DNA of 64,000 bases from Polyangiaceae bacterium (GTDB lineage: Bacteria > Myxococcota_A > Polyangia > Polyangiales > Polyangiaceae), in the NCBI GenBank assembly GCA_050287085.1, contig JBNKBE010000007.1, forward strand, positions 64,001-128,000, written 5' to 3'. Below, piece after piece: positions 48,867 to 58,017 of the stretch. A program made the translations under genes and the position numbers. The notes under the pieces were generated by a model. It made no database searches, had not been told where the DNA came from, and worked only from the letters and a program-made list of their open reading frames with translations. Every line of letters begins with the position of its first letter. The first letter of the stretch is position 1.

Positions 48867-49994
48867 CTATATGCGCATCGGCATAATCACTGCGAGATAG
48901 TTGGTACCCTCGCGTTGTTCCGCGGGACAAATCAAGGCAGGATCGAGTTCGCCACTGATACCCAGCAGCAGATCTTCGCTCTCGATAGCTCCCAGTACAT
49001 CAAGGAAGTACTTGGCGTTGAAACCGATTGTGAAACTGTCGCCGGCGTATTCAACGGCGACTTCGTCGAAGCCATCGCCGGTATCAGGGCTCTCACTGGA
49101 GAAGCGGACGACGTTTTCTCCCAATGTCAGCTTAACGCCTCCCGTGCGATCGCTCGCCGCGAGCGATACAGCTTTCAGCGCGTCAGCAACTGCAGCCCTC
49201 GGCGCTCGAATGCTATTCGTGGTTGATTCGGGAATGACCTGGTCATACGGCGGGAATTGAGCATCCACTAGCTTGACGCTGAATTGGACCCCAGCCAGGT
49301 CGAAGAACGCGTTGGTTTCGTTGTGTCGCACCACAACGTCTTTCTGACCTTCGGCTCTGGCCTCGTCGCATAGGCGCCGGAGTTCTTGGATTCCCTTGAG
49401 AGGGATGAGCATTGAAGTTTCGCCGGTGCCAGAGGTGGTAACCTCCATCTTGCTCAACCGATGGCCATCGGTTGTTACCATTCGCACCACGTCTCCAGAC
49501 CACTCGAGCAGCGCGCTGTTGAGATGGATGCGGGTCTCGTCGGTTGAAACCGAGAAATGCGTGGAGGCTATCAGCTGAGCTAGTGTGTCGATCTCAAGCG
49601 TGAGCGAGTGAGATGCCTCGTCGGGTTGTGGCAGTTGAGGAAAGTCATCGCCAGCAAGTCCGTGCAGGGTGTAGCGGCGAGGTTGCTCAGCGGCCTTCAG
49701 GATGGCGCTGGCGTTGTCGTCCGTTGTCAGCGAGATGTTGCCGTCGGGCATCATTTTGACGCGCTCGAAGAGGTCACGAGCGCCGATGGCCGCAAGTCCA
49801 GCTTGCCCAACCTGTGCCGGAATGGCGCCGCTCAGTCCGACGTTGAGATTGGTCGCTGATAGGCGAAGCCGCGAGTCACCTTCGGTCGTGAGAAGGACGT
49901 TGCCCAAGACGGGCATCGTGCTGCGCTTGTCTGCGACGCTTTGGCAGCGAGCGAGCAGTCGTAGGATCTCCTTTTTGCTGACGGTGACCTGCAT
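48867..49994 (-). CDS. dnaN: DNA polymerase III beta sliding clamp
   Basis: TMPVLGNVLL, TDGHRL, FPPYDQVIP, IGFNAKYFLD, VIMPMRI. Confidence 0.97.
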   Translation of the reverse strand: MQVTVSKKEILRLLARCQSVADKRSTMPVLGNVLLTTEGDSRLRLSATNLNVGLSGAIPAQVGQAGLAAIGARDLFERVKMMPDGNISLTTDDNASAILKAAEQPRRYTLHGLAGDDFPQLPQPDEASHSLTLEIDTLAQLIASTHFSVSTDETRIHLNSALLEWSGDVVRMVTTDGHRLSKMEVTTSGTGETSMLIPLKGIQELRRLCDEARAEGQKDVVVRHNETNAFFDLAGVQFSVKLVDAQFPPYDQVIPESTTNSIRAPRAAVADALKAVSLAASDRTGGVKLTLGENVVRFSSESPDTGDGFDEVAVEYAGDSFTIGFNAKYFLDVLGAIESEDLLLGISGELDPALICPAEQREGTNYLAVIMPMRI

Positions 49995-50084
49995 GGCCCT
50001 GTCGTGTAGCCCGTCCCGGGATGGAAGCGCTAGGGCTTGTGACTGGGAATGCGCAGGCCTGACTGAATGTTCAGGGAAGGAGCG

Positions 50085-50385
50085 GGAACCTAAAGATAAG
50101 ATCTTAAGAAATTTAATTTTGTAGTCGTCGTTTTAGGTGCTGTGGCTTCTGTGGACTTCCTCGTAAGGCACTATAATTGTTGGATTAATTGAGGAACTCT
50201 AGTGGGGACAAGCCGTGCTCCCAACTCGGGAGGAGCTGGGGACGTATGACTGTCCCCGGGTTCTGCTCAATTGTCACACCATCTCATCCAAAGTGTTACG
50301 AAGGGGTTGTCCACAGTTCGGAACGGCCGAATTCTAGCTCATAGGGGGTCACGATCTGACCCATGTGAGGGATGGTGGGGAGAGC
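50085..50385. other. Putative chromosomal replication origin oriC
   Basis: AT-rich tract 50091-50120; trio-like tract 50121-50135; DnaA-box-like 9-mers at 50141-49, 50150-58, 50203-11, 50237-45, 50250-58, 50284-92 and 50307-15 (TTGTCCACA); directly upstream of dnaN. Confidence 0.8.
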
Positions 50386-50387
50386 GA

Positions 50388-51797
50388 TCAAGAGTCGGGG
50401 CGTTGCAGCAAGCGGACGCGAGCCAAGGCTTCCAGCAACATTTGATGCGTGCGCTCATAGGTCTTTGGTCCGATTTCGTCAGCGTCTTTGGCCCTTTCCA
50501 CCGCGAGCAATTCGTTCAGCAAGACCTTCTCAGCTTGAGCTGCGTCTTCGCTTAGCAACCCTCGCGGGGGCTTCTTTCGGGCGAGCCAGAGCCCAGCCAA
50601 AGCGAAAGCGCCGGCTAGGGTGGCGGCTACCAGGGGCCCGCGTCCGCGAGTTGGTAGTCCGGTGACGTGTGCGATGTATTCGTTCGGGCCGCGCTCGGCG
50701 GGTCGTAGAAAGTCCTTTTGAACGAAGATCGCGGCTTGTCCGTCGTTGCCTGTTGTTTCAGCGGGCGCGCCGAAGCCAGCCACGGAGAGGTTCATCGTCT
50801 TGGAACGCTCGAGAAAGATCCGGGTGTCTACCGTGTTGGGGATCACGGGCAAGGCTAAGTCGGCGGTGTCGGAACCCGGATTGGGCAGCTGAAAGCCGAA
50901 GGAAAGCTCGTGTTCACCGGGTGTGACGGTACCGCTAATGCGCAGCGAGTTGCCGGCGCCGTGGCGAACCTGGATGTCGCCGCTGGTGCGCATCGGGCGA
51001 AATGCGCTGGCTTCGGCTGGCAGGGGGATACTGAACTCGCGCGGCAGCCAGGTAATCGGATTCGTGTTGTAGAGTCGGAATAGAACCTGAATCTGAAAGA
51101 TCTCGTTGCGTGGTTCGATGATGTACAGAGCACGAGAGACAACAAACGTCTCCTCCATGCGCTCGGTGGTTGGAAACAGCGTCATGCCGACGAACGTGCC
51201 GCCGCTTGACTTCAAGCGGAACGAGTCGCTCTTATAGGTCGCGCCGGCGTGGGCGACTGAGAGCTCATAGCGGTACGACGAATCAGTCTGGAGCTGGAGA
51301 AAGCCGGCGCGACCTTCCGAGTCCGTCGTTCCGTGATGAACGAAGCTCTTGTCGCCTTCACGAATGCTCTCGCGAACACCGTCGAGCCGCACTTCGCGAC
51401 TGCCGATGGGCGTACCGTCGGGGTTGCGAAGGACGACGACAATGGTGCCTTTCGGGAGCTGCGCCATTGTCTCGATCTTCGTGGCAGGCTGAAAGACCTG
51501 ACCGGCGCGGGCCGCAAGCGCCTGCTGTACTGCCAGTGCGTTGGCAAATGGGCTTCCCACCTGCAGCTTTGGATTGTCGCCACCTGATCCCAAAGCGGCG
51601 TTCGCGTGAGGATTGGTCGCGTGAGGATTGGTCGCGTGAGGATTGGTCGCAGGCGCGGCAGCTTGCGCCGCGGGCGCTGCTTGGACCGGGGAGGCGCCGC
51701 CCGCTTGAGCGTGCACCGGGGTAGTCTCGATCAGTGGCCAGCAGGCGAAGGAAAGCGCGGCCAGTCGGGCGAGAAGCGGATGGAGTCGAGAGTTCAT
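50388..51797 (-). CDS. Hypothetical exported protein with a C-terminal membrane anchor (ccmF operon)
   Basis: Signal peptide; carboxypeptidase-regulatory-like GTTDSEGRAGF; C-terminal TM; ATGA overlap with the upstream gene. Confidence 0.7.
   Translation of the reverse strand: MNSRLHPLLARLAALSFACWPLIETTPVHAQAGGASPVQAAPAAQAAAPATNPHATNPHATNPHANAALGSGGDNPKLQVGSPFANALAVQQALAARAGQVFQPATKIETMAQLPKGTIVVVLRNPDGTPIGSREVRLDGVRESIREGDKSFVHHGTTDSEGRAGFLQLQTDSSYRYELSVAHAGATYKSDSFRLKSSGGTFVGMTLFPTTERMEETFVVSRALYIIEPRNEIFQIQVLFRLYNTNPITWLPREFSIPLPAEASAFRPMRTSGDIQVRHGAGNSLRISGTVTPGEHELSFGFQLPNPGSDTADLALPVIPNTVDTRIFLERSKTMNLSVAGFGAPAETTGNDGQAAIFVQKDFLRPAERGPNEYIAHVTGLPTRGRGPLVAATLAGAFALAGLWLARKKPPRGLLSEDAAQAEKVLLNELLAVERAKDADEIGPKTYERTHQMLLEALARVRLLQRPDS
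51602..51650. repeat. 15-bp tandem repeat (3.3 copies) encoding (ATNPH)3
   Basis: Unit TCGCGTGAGGATTGG. Confidence 0.9.
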
Positions 51798-52306
51798 GAG
51801 CGGGTGTCCTCCGCGCTTGTCGCGTCGCCATTGTCAGCGGCTGCGGGTTTGCCAGCGGCCCCCGCGCGCTCGGCCAAGTAGCGTCCAAATTCGGCCTCCG
51901 CCTCCTCGCGGGCGGGTCCAAGATTTTCGTCGACGACAGCCAATAAGGCCATCGCTTCGCTTCGGTACTTCGTGGCCAGCGTTAGGTAGTCCTGATCGCT
52001 CAGTTTGCCCACCGCGCGCTCGTATTCCAGATCCTTGAGGATGCGCAGCACGGACTGCTTCCGCTCCTCTTCCGCGCTCTGGGCGCCGAACCCAAGAGCC
52101 TCTTCGAGACTGAGGGGGGCGGTGCCCGAAAGTCCGTTCAGGCTCTGCCAGAAGAGCGTTATGGCGGCGAGCACAGTGCCTGCAGCCAGCGTGATCATCA
52201 CAGCGCCACGACCCAAGACAAAGCCTGCGGCGATGCTTGCGGAAACGACGGCTGCGGCGGAAATCAGGACCCAGGGGTATTGCCCGGGGTTGTTCTTTTG
52301 ACTCAT
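51794..52306 (-). CDS. Hypothetical membrane protein (ccmF operon; CcmI-like motif)
   Basis: Two TMs, then LKDLEYERAVGKLSDQDY..L...Y; starts 3 nt after the ccmF stop. Confidence 0.7.
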   Translation of the reverse strand: MSQKNNPGQYPWVLISAAAVVSASIAAGFVLGRGAVMITLAAGTVLAAITLFWQSLNGLSGTAPLSLEEALGFGAQSAEEERKQSVLRILKDLEYERAVGKLSDQDYLTLATKYRSEAMALLAVVDENLGPAREEAEAEFGRYLAERAGAAGKPAAADNGDATSAEDTRS

Positions 52307-52309
52307 CTT

Positions 52310-54535
52310 TTATGGGGTCTGAGGGAGGGGTGCCGAGCGGGTTTCGACGACCCCCTTGGTCGTGTGGGTGGTCCACCGACTCATGGCTTGTTCGGTTACC
52401 ACAATAGTTCGTGACGTAGCCCGCATGGGTGCGGACGCCATGAGTAGCGAGAGCATTGCAGCCGTAGTCGCACCAGTAGCAAGCCGAACGCTACCCCATA
52501 CTCCAAGTCGCTTCCAGGATACCTCGGGCCAAAGGGATATCGCCGTGCCGCCGATCATGACCAATACCCCAAACCAGATCCAGGAGACGAGGGGATTGAT
52601 GTGAAAGCGAAACGTCGCCTGCTTCGTGCTGGGATCGATGCTTCCGACGACGACATAGAGGTCGTCCTTGACGCGGTGATGCATGGCTACTTCGGTGGTG
52701 GGATTGCCACCTTTCAAGTATATGAACTGAGCCGGGTGAATGGCACCCAAGTCCTGCCCGCCGGCACTTACGGCAATGTCCGCAAAGACCATGCGCTTTT
52801 CGGCGTCAACTTCCATGCGAGAGCCCTGGTAGGTCAGGGTGTAGTCACCGACTTGGAGGCTGGTGTTGGGCTTGAGAGTGGCTTCTTTCTCGACGTCCCA
52901 GGCTTTGCCCACAAAGCCCAAGAACATCAGGCAAATACCCACGTGCACGACATACCCGCCGTAGCGTCGTCGACTGCGCGCAACCAGTGTGCTCAGCGCC
53001 TCCCAGATCCCTTCGGAGGCGTTCTTGCGTCGTGCCCGAACCCCGCGCGCAAACTCCTGGTATACGACCGCCAGGTTGAAGCCGACGAGCGCCACCGTAA
53101 TCAGCGGTGCAATGGTACCCAGACGCTGCAGCGCCAGGTCGTTGAAGCTCTTGCCCTGGGCTTCGACGTCAATAATCGGAGGGAAGCCGATAGCGGAGCC
53201 CACAACGAAGTGGAGGCCAACGACCACCGCCATGACGATCAGGGGCAGACGGAACGCGACTTTCAGCGCTTCGCCACTTGTCTTGCGCCAACCGAAGAGC
53301 GGAGCGACGCCCATCAACAGCAGTAGTAGCAGTCCGATCGGTGCCATCCAGCGATTGTAGAACGGAGGGCCAACGGTGACGCTTTCGTCCCACAGGCCTT
53401 CGCTGATCTTTGGAAAGAGGGTGGCTACCGCGATGAATACAGCGGCTCCGAGCAGAGCCCAATTGTTGATAACGAACGCGGCCTCGCGCGAAGCCACCGT
53501 TTCAATGCGAGCTGGCGAGCGGAGCTCTGGCCAGCGCCATACCAGCAGGCCGAGGGTGGTTGCGATGATCAACCCCATGAACCAAACGAAGTAGATGCCG
53601 ATGTTGCTTTGCGCGAAGCTGTGAACGCTAGCGATGAGTCCCGACCGAGTGAGGAAGGTACCGAAGATGGTCAGAAAGAAGGTCGTCGCAATCAGCACTA
53701 TGTTCCAGACGCGGAACATGCCACGGCGCTCCTGAATCATGGTTGAGTGCACGTAGGCGGAGGCGGTGAACCAGGGCAAGCAGGCCGCGTTCTCCACCGG
53801 ATCCCATGCCCAATAGCCGCCCCACCCCAGCTCTTCGTATGCCCAGAGCATGCCCAGGGCGTTGCCGATGGTTAGAAATAGCCAGGCAAATAGCATCCAC
53901 TTCCGCACCGCGACGATCCACTCCTTGTCCAGGCGTCCAGTGATCAAGGCGGCGACGGCAAAAGCGAACGGAATGGAGCAACCGACGAAGCCCGTGTAGA
54001 GGCTTGGCGGATGGATAATCATGTAGAAGTTACGCAGCAGCGGATTGAGTCCCTCACCGTCTGCTTTCGCACCCGCGATCGCGGTTTCGAACGGATTCGC
54101 CGAGAAGATCATGAGCACGGCGAAAAAGGCCATGATCACCATTAGCGTTGCGATTACGTATGGTTGCAGCTGCCTATAACGCCCGCGCAGCCACCTCACG
54201 CAAGCAGAGACATACAAGCTCAGCAAGAACAGCCACCACAGGATGGAGCCATCCTGGCCGCCCCAAAGCGAGGCAAAGAGGTAGCCTGTGCTCATCGAGC
54301 GCTCGCTGTAGCGGGCTACGTAGCGGATACGAAAGTCGTGCGTCAGGAAGGCATAACCCAGGACCAAGACGCCAAGCAGAACTAGGGCGCAGGTTCCGTA
54401 GGCGCCCAGGCGCGCTGAGCGCAACAGGCGAGGCCGTCCTCGCGCGGCGACGATCGAAAGCGCAAAGGTGTACGCCGCCGCGACCAGGATAGAAAAGATC
54501 ACCCCGGTGCCGAACTGAGGAAGGGACTGCCACAT
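52310..54535 (-). CDS. ccmF: Cytochrome c biogenesis heme lyase CcmF/NrfE
   Basis: WGGQDGS, GLNPLL...IHPP, WAYEELGWGGYWAWDPVENA, RSG..SVHSFA, HVG. Confidence 0.93.
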   Translation of the reverse strand: MWQSLPQFGTGVIFSILVAAAYTFALSIVAARGRPRLLRSARLGAYGTCALVLLGVLVLGYAFLTHDFRIRYVARYSERSMSTGYLFASLWGGQDGSILWWLFLLSLYVSACVRWLRGRYRQLQPYVIATLMVIMAFFAVLMIFSANPFETAIAGAKADGEGLNPLLRNFYMIIHPPSLYTGFVGCSIPFAFAVAALITGRLDKEWIVAVRKWMLFAWLFLTIGNALGMLWAYEELGWGGYWAWDPVENAACLPWFTASAYVHSTMIQERRGMFRVWNIVLIATTFFLTIFGTFLTRSGLIASVHSFAQSNIGIYFVWFMGLIIATTLGLLVWRWPELRSPARIETVASREAAFVINNWALLGAAVFIAVATLFPKISEGLWDESVTVGPPFYNRWMAPIGLLLLLLMGVAPLFGWRKTSGEALKVAFRLPLIVMAVVVGLHFVVGSAIGFPPIIDVEAQGKSFNDLALQRLGTIAPLITVALVGFNLAVVYQEFARGVRARRKNASEGIWEALSTLVARSRRRYGGYVVHVGICLMFLGFVGKAWDVEKEATLKPNTSLQVGDYTLTYQGSRMEVDAEKRMVFADIAVSAGGQDLGAIHPAQFIYLKGGNPTTEVAMHHRVKDDLYVVVGSIDPSTKQATFRFHINPLVSWIWFGVLVMIGGTAISLWPEVSWKRLGVWGSVRLATGATTAAMLSLLMASAPMRATSRTIVVTEQAMSRWTTHTTKGVVETRSAPLPQTP

Positions 54536-54948
54536 GCTGGCGAACGTAGTCGCGACCGCCTCGGACGGCTAGCCTGATTCGCAGCTTGACGACAACCAAG
54601 TCCCAGCTCGTCCCCAACTCCGTCGCAGACCGCTCCTTCGGTGGGGGCAATCTCCAGCGCGAGCATATAGCGATGTCTTGGAGCTGTTGCGTGTCACAGT
54701 TCTTCCGAACAGCGGCCACTGCCCCTCGAGGGCAAGGTGCGTTAGAGAAGCCCTCGAGGCTGACAGGGATCCCTTCCCAGGCGGAAAGTGGTGGGCTGAG
54801 AGCCGACTGGGCGATGGCAGCGTGGTGTCGCGCGTACGCGCTGGCGCGACCCCTACGGCACGGCCTGCAGGGGTTCCAGAGAACGGTCGGGAGAGACTGC
54901 GCCCGACGCGCAGCGCGCATCCGTGCCGCAGCGCGCGCTCGCAGCGAA

Positions 54949-55725
54949 CTACGCGTCGCAGATGGTCGTGCCGACGCTTTCACCCAGGCACACGCGTCGG
55001 ATGTTTCCGCGCTGCATGCGGAAGACGCGGATCGGCAGCCCATTCTCTCGGCACAGGGTGACCGCCGTTGAGTCCATGACTCTCAAATGCTCGCCGAGAA
55101 AGCGATCGTAGCTCATCGTTCGGTACATTTCGGCGCTCGGGTGCTTGACGGGATCTCGATCGTAGATGCCGTCGACCTTGGTCGCTTTCAGCAACGCGTC
55201 ACAGCGCAGTTCCATAGCCCGTAGGGCTGCTGCGGTGTCGGTCGAGAAGTAGGGGTTTCCGGTGCCCGCTGCGCAGATGACGGCATATCCACGGTCCAGG
55301 TGGCGTATCGCCCGTCGTTTGATGTAGGGCTCGGCGACCTGTTTGATCTCGAGGGCGGTCATTACGCGAGTGGTGATGCCGACCCGCTCCAACGCATCCT
55401 GCAGCGCCAGGGAGTTGATCACCGTGGCCAGCATGCCCATGTAGTCGCTCTGCGCGCGGTCCATGCCTTCACTTGCGCCGCGCAGGCCGCGAAAGATGTT
55501 GCCACCACCCACGACGACGCCAATTTGGACACCCGTTGCGTGGAGCTCTTTCAGCTCCTCAGCGGTTCCGCGCAGGACGGAAGGATCGATGCCGCTGCCC
55601 CCGGTGGCTCCGCTGAGCGCCTCCCCGCTGAGCTTGATGATGACGCGTCGATAGGCGAGCTTTCCAGCAGGTGTGGCCACAGAGTGGGCGTTTACTCTTG
55701 CTTGCTGCAGAGTGCAATCGAGCAT
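54949..55725 (-). CDS. pyrH: UMP kinase
   Basis: IKLSGEAL, VGGGNIFRG, DYMGMLATVIN, GNPYFSTDTAAALRA, VMDSTA; true start may be the GTG at 55680. Confidence 0.95.
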   Translation of the reverse strand: MLDCTLQQARVNAHSVATPAGKLAYRRVIIKLSGEALSGATGGSGIDPSVLRGTAEELKELHATGVQIGVVVGGGNIFRGLRGASEGMDRAQSDYMGMLATVINSLALQDALERVGITTRVMTALEIKQVAEPYIKRRAIRHLDRGYAVICAAGTGNPYFSTDTAAALRAMELRCDALLKATKVDGIYDRDPVKHPSAEMYRTMSYDRFLGEHLRVMDSTAVTLCRENGLPIRVFRMQRGNIRRVCLGESVGTTICDA

Positions 55726-55836
55726 TAGACTTGATTGGCGCTTCGTTCCGGTGAGGCAGTATCTTCTCCGCTCGTGGCTGGCCGTGTGTGATACGGTGCT
55801 CCGTTCTGCTCGGTAGGGGCCGACCAAGATTCAAAG

Positions 55837-56892
55837 ATGTCTGTGCGTGTTTGTGTCGTTGCTCTTCTCTTCCTCGTGGGGGGCGCTGTCACCGCCTGCA
55901 AGAAGGGCGATGCCACCCAGCGTGGGCCGGCCGTTTCGATCACGTCGAGCGAGGAGCTCAGCCCCGAGTTAGCGGGCAGGGTGCTGGCTCGAGTGGGCGA
56001 AGCCGTCATCACGCTGGGCGACTACGTCACTACCCTCGAGCGCATGGACGGCCTGGAGCGTCTGCGTTATCAGACCGCCGCTCGACGGCAGCTTCTGCTC
56101 CGGGAAATGATCGACGCCGAACTCTTGGCCCAGGAGGCGAGAAGACGAGGGCTCGATCAATTGCCTGAGACGGTGGCGCGATTGGACCAGCTGATGGCGG
56201 ACGAGGTGCGGCGTCAACTGAAGCAGCGTGTTGCGCGTCAAGAGGCGCCCACGGAGCAACAGCTTCGCTCGTACTACGAGACGCATAAGGCGGAATTCAT
56301 GCAGCCCGAGCGCCGCCGGGTTTCGGCGCTGGTGGTCAGCGATCGCGTCAAGGCGGTCCACTTGCTGGCCGAGGCAAAGACCAAGCCCGACGGCTGGTGG
56401 CAGCTTATCCGGGCCCACTCGATCCGACCTTCCCCCCCGACCGTGTCGCGGGACGGAACCACCGCCCGGCCGCCCCTCTACCTGGAGGGAGATCTGGGGC
56501 TGGCGGCTGCGCCTGGAGTCGAGGACGAGGTCAATCCGGAGGTGCCCAGAGCCGTGCGTCAGGTGGCCTTCGAGCTGGCCAAAGTGGGGGACTTTGCGCC
56601 GGAGCCAGTGCAGGTTGGGGATCGCTACTATGCGATCCGACTGATGTCCATTCAGGCCCAGAGGCAGCAACCCTACGAAGAAGTAGTGGGTCGCATTCGA
56701 GGTCGGCTGCTCGAAGCGGCGGTGATGGCCGCCGAAGAGAAGCTGGTTTCTGAGCTTCGTACTCGTTACGAGATCCGTGTGGACGACGAGCGCCTGAATC
56801 AACTCAAGCTGCCCACAGCGACCCCAGCCGCGCCCGCGGACGCTGCAGGTAGGGCAGGAGCTGGGGCCTCTGGCCCAGCCGCGAGACCATGA
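55837..56892 (+). CDS. PpiC-type peptidylprolyl isomerase / foldase lipoprotein
   Basis: Lipobox VTAC; VLARVG..IT, LLAQEARRRGL, YYETHKAEF..PERRR, GDLG. Confidence 0.78.
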   Translation: MSVRVCVVALLFLVGGAVTACKKGDATQRGPAVSITSSEELSPELAGRVLARVGEAVITLGDYVTTLERMDGLERLRYQTAARRQLLLREMIDAELLAQEARRRGLDQLPETVARLDQLMADEVRRQLKQRVARQEAPTEQQLRSYYETHKAEFMQPERRRVSALVVSDRVKAVHLLAEAKTKPDGWWQLIRAHSIRPSPPTVSRDGTTARPPLYLEGDLGLAAAPGVEDEVNPEVPRAVRQVAFELAKVGDFAPEPVQVGDRYYAIRLMSIQAQRQQPYEEVVGRIRGRLLEAAVMAAEEKLVSELRTRYEIRVDDERLNQLKLPTATPAAPADAAGRAGAGASGPAARP

Positions 56893-57998
56893 GCCACTCC
56901 CTACCGATCGTAGGCGGGCCTCCGGAAGGTGGACCCGGCGACTGGCGCTGGCAGCTGCAACACGCGATCACGACTGCGGACGAGTTGGCCGCGCGTCTGT
57001 CGCTGACCGAAGAGGAGCTTGCGGGAGCCCGACGCGCCGAGGCGGACGGATTTCCGATCTCGCTGACGCCCTATTATCTGTCCCTGATCGATCCTCAGGA
57101 TCCGACGTGTCCCATCCGTCGTCAGGTGGTGCCTCTGGCGGCGGAGGCGACGCCGACCTCCGGCGATCTGGTAGATCCGCTTGGGGAAGAGGCTCACCAG
57201 GTCGCGCCGGAGTTGGTTTCACGTTATCCGGACAGAGCTTTGCTGCTCGCCACCGATCGGTGCTCGGTGTATTGCCGTTTCTGCACACGCAGCCGCATGG
57301 TGGGGGGCGGAGGTGGCGCGCGATCGCTGGCTCGCCTTGCGCCAGCGCTCACCTACCTGCGCGAGCACCCGCAGATCAGGGACGTCATCATCAGCGGTGG
57401 TGATCCTTTGGTCATGGCCACCGCAAGGCTGACGAGCATCGTGGCTGCGGTTCGGAGCATTGGCTCCGTAGAAACGATACGACTGGCGACCCGTGTGCCC
57501 GTAACGTTGCCCCAGCGGATCACCGACGAGTTGCTAGCCGCGCTACGACCTCATCATCCGCTCTGGGTGATGACACATTTCAACCACCCGCGTGAGCTCA
57601 CGGCAGAATCGCGCGCCGCCTGTCGTCGCTTGGTCGATGCGGGGTTTCCCGTCATGAACCAATCGGTCTTGCTGCGCGGAGTCAATGACGACGCTGAGGT
57701 CCTGAGCACGCTCTTTCGGGGCTTGGTGCGGGAGCGAGTGCGTCCCTACTACCTGCTGCAGATGGACCCGGTCAGTGGCACGGGTCATCTGCGCACGCCG
57801 CTGGCTACGGGTGAAGACCTGATGCGACGCCTTCAGGGAAGGCTCAGTGGCATAGCGCTGCCGAAGTTCATTGTCGATACGCCCGGGGGCCATGGCAAAG
57901 TGCCCGCTGGCCCCAGCTTTGTGACCGCTCGAGGCCACGGCTACACGACCTTTCACAGTCCCCATGGGGGCGAGGTGAACTACGTCGACCCCACGTAG
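56889..57998 (+). CDS. KamA family radical SAM protein (lysine 2,3-aminomutase-like)
   Basis: DWRWQL, RYPDR, CSVYCRFCTR (CxxxCxxC), SGGDPL, HFNHPRE, NQSVLLRGVND, GGHGKVP. Confidence 0.92.
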   Translation: MSHSLPIVGGPPEGGPGDWRWQLQHAITTADELAARLSLTEEELAGARRAEADGFPISLTPYYLSLIDPQDPTCPIRRQVVPLAAEATPTSGDLVDPLGEEAHQVAPELVSRYPDRALLLATDRCSVYCRFCTRSRMVGGGGGARSLARLAPALTYLREHPQIRDVIISGGDPLVMATARLTSIVAAVRSIGSVETIRLATRVPVTLPQRITDELLAALRPHHPLWVMTHFNHPRELTAESRAACRRLVDAGFPVMNQSVLLRGVNDDAEVLSTLFRGLVRERVRPYYLLQMDPVSGTGHLRTPLATGEDLMRRLQGRLSGIALPKFIVDTPGGHGKVPAGPSFVTARGHGYTTFHSPHGGEVNYVDPT

Positions 57999-58017
57999 CC
58001 GCCCGTCGAGGCGCCGG

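Noticed and set aside
54536..54948. ORFs or an ncRNA in the pyrH-ccmF gap
   Set aside because: ORFs are Arg/Ala-rich and overlap real genes; only isolated hairpins and no recognisable RNA family
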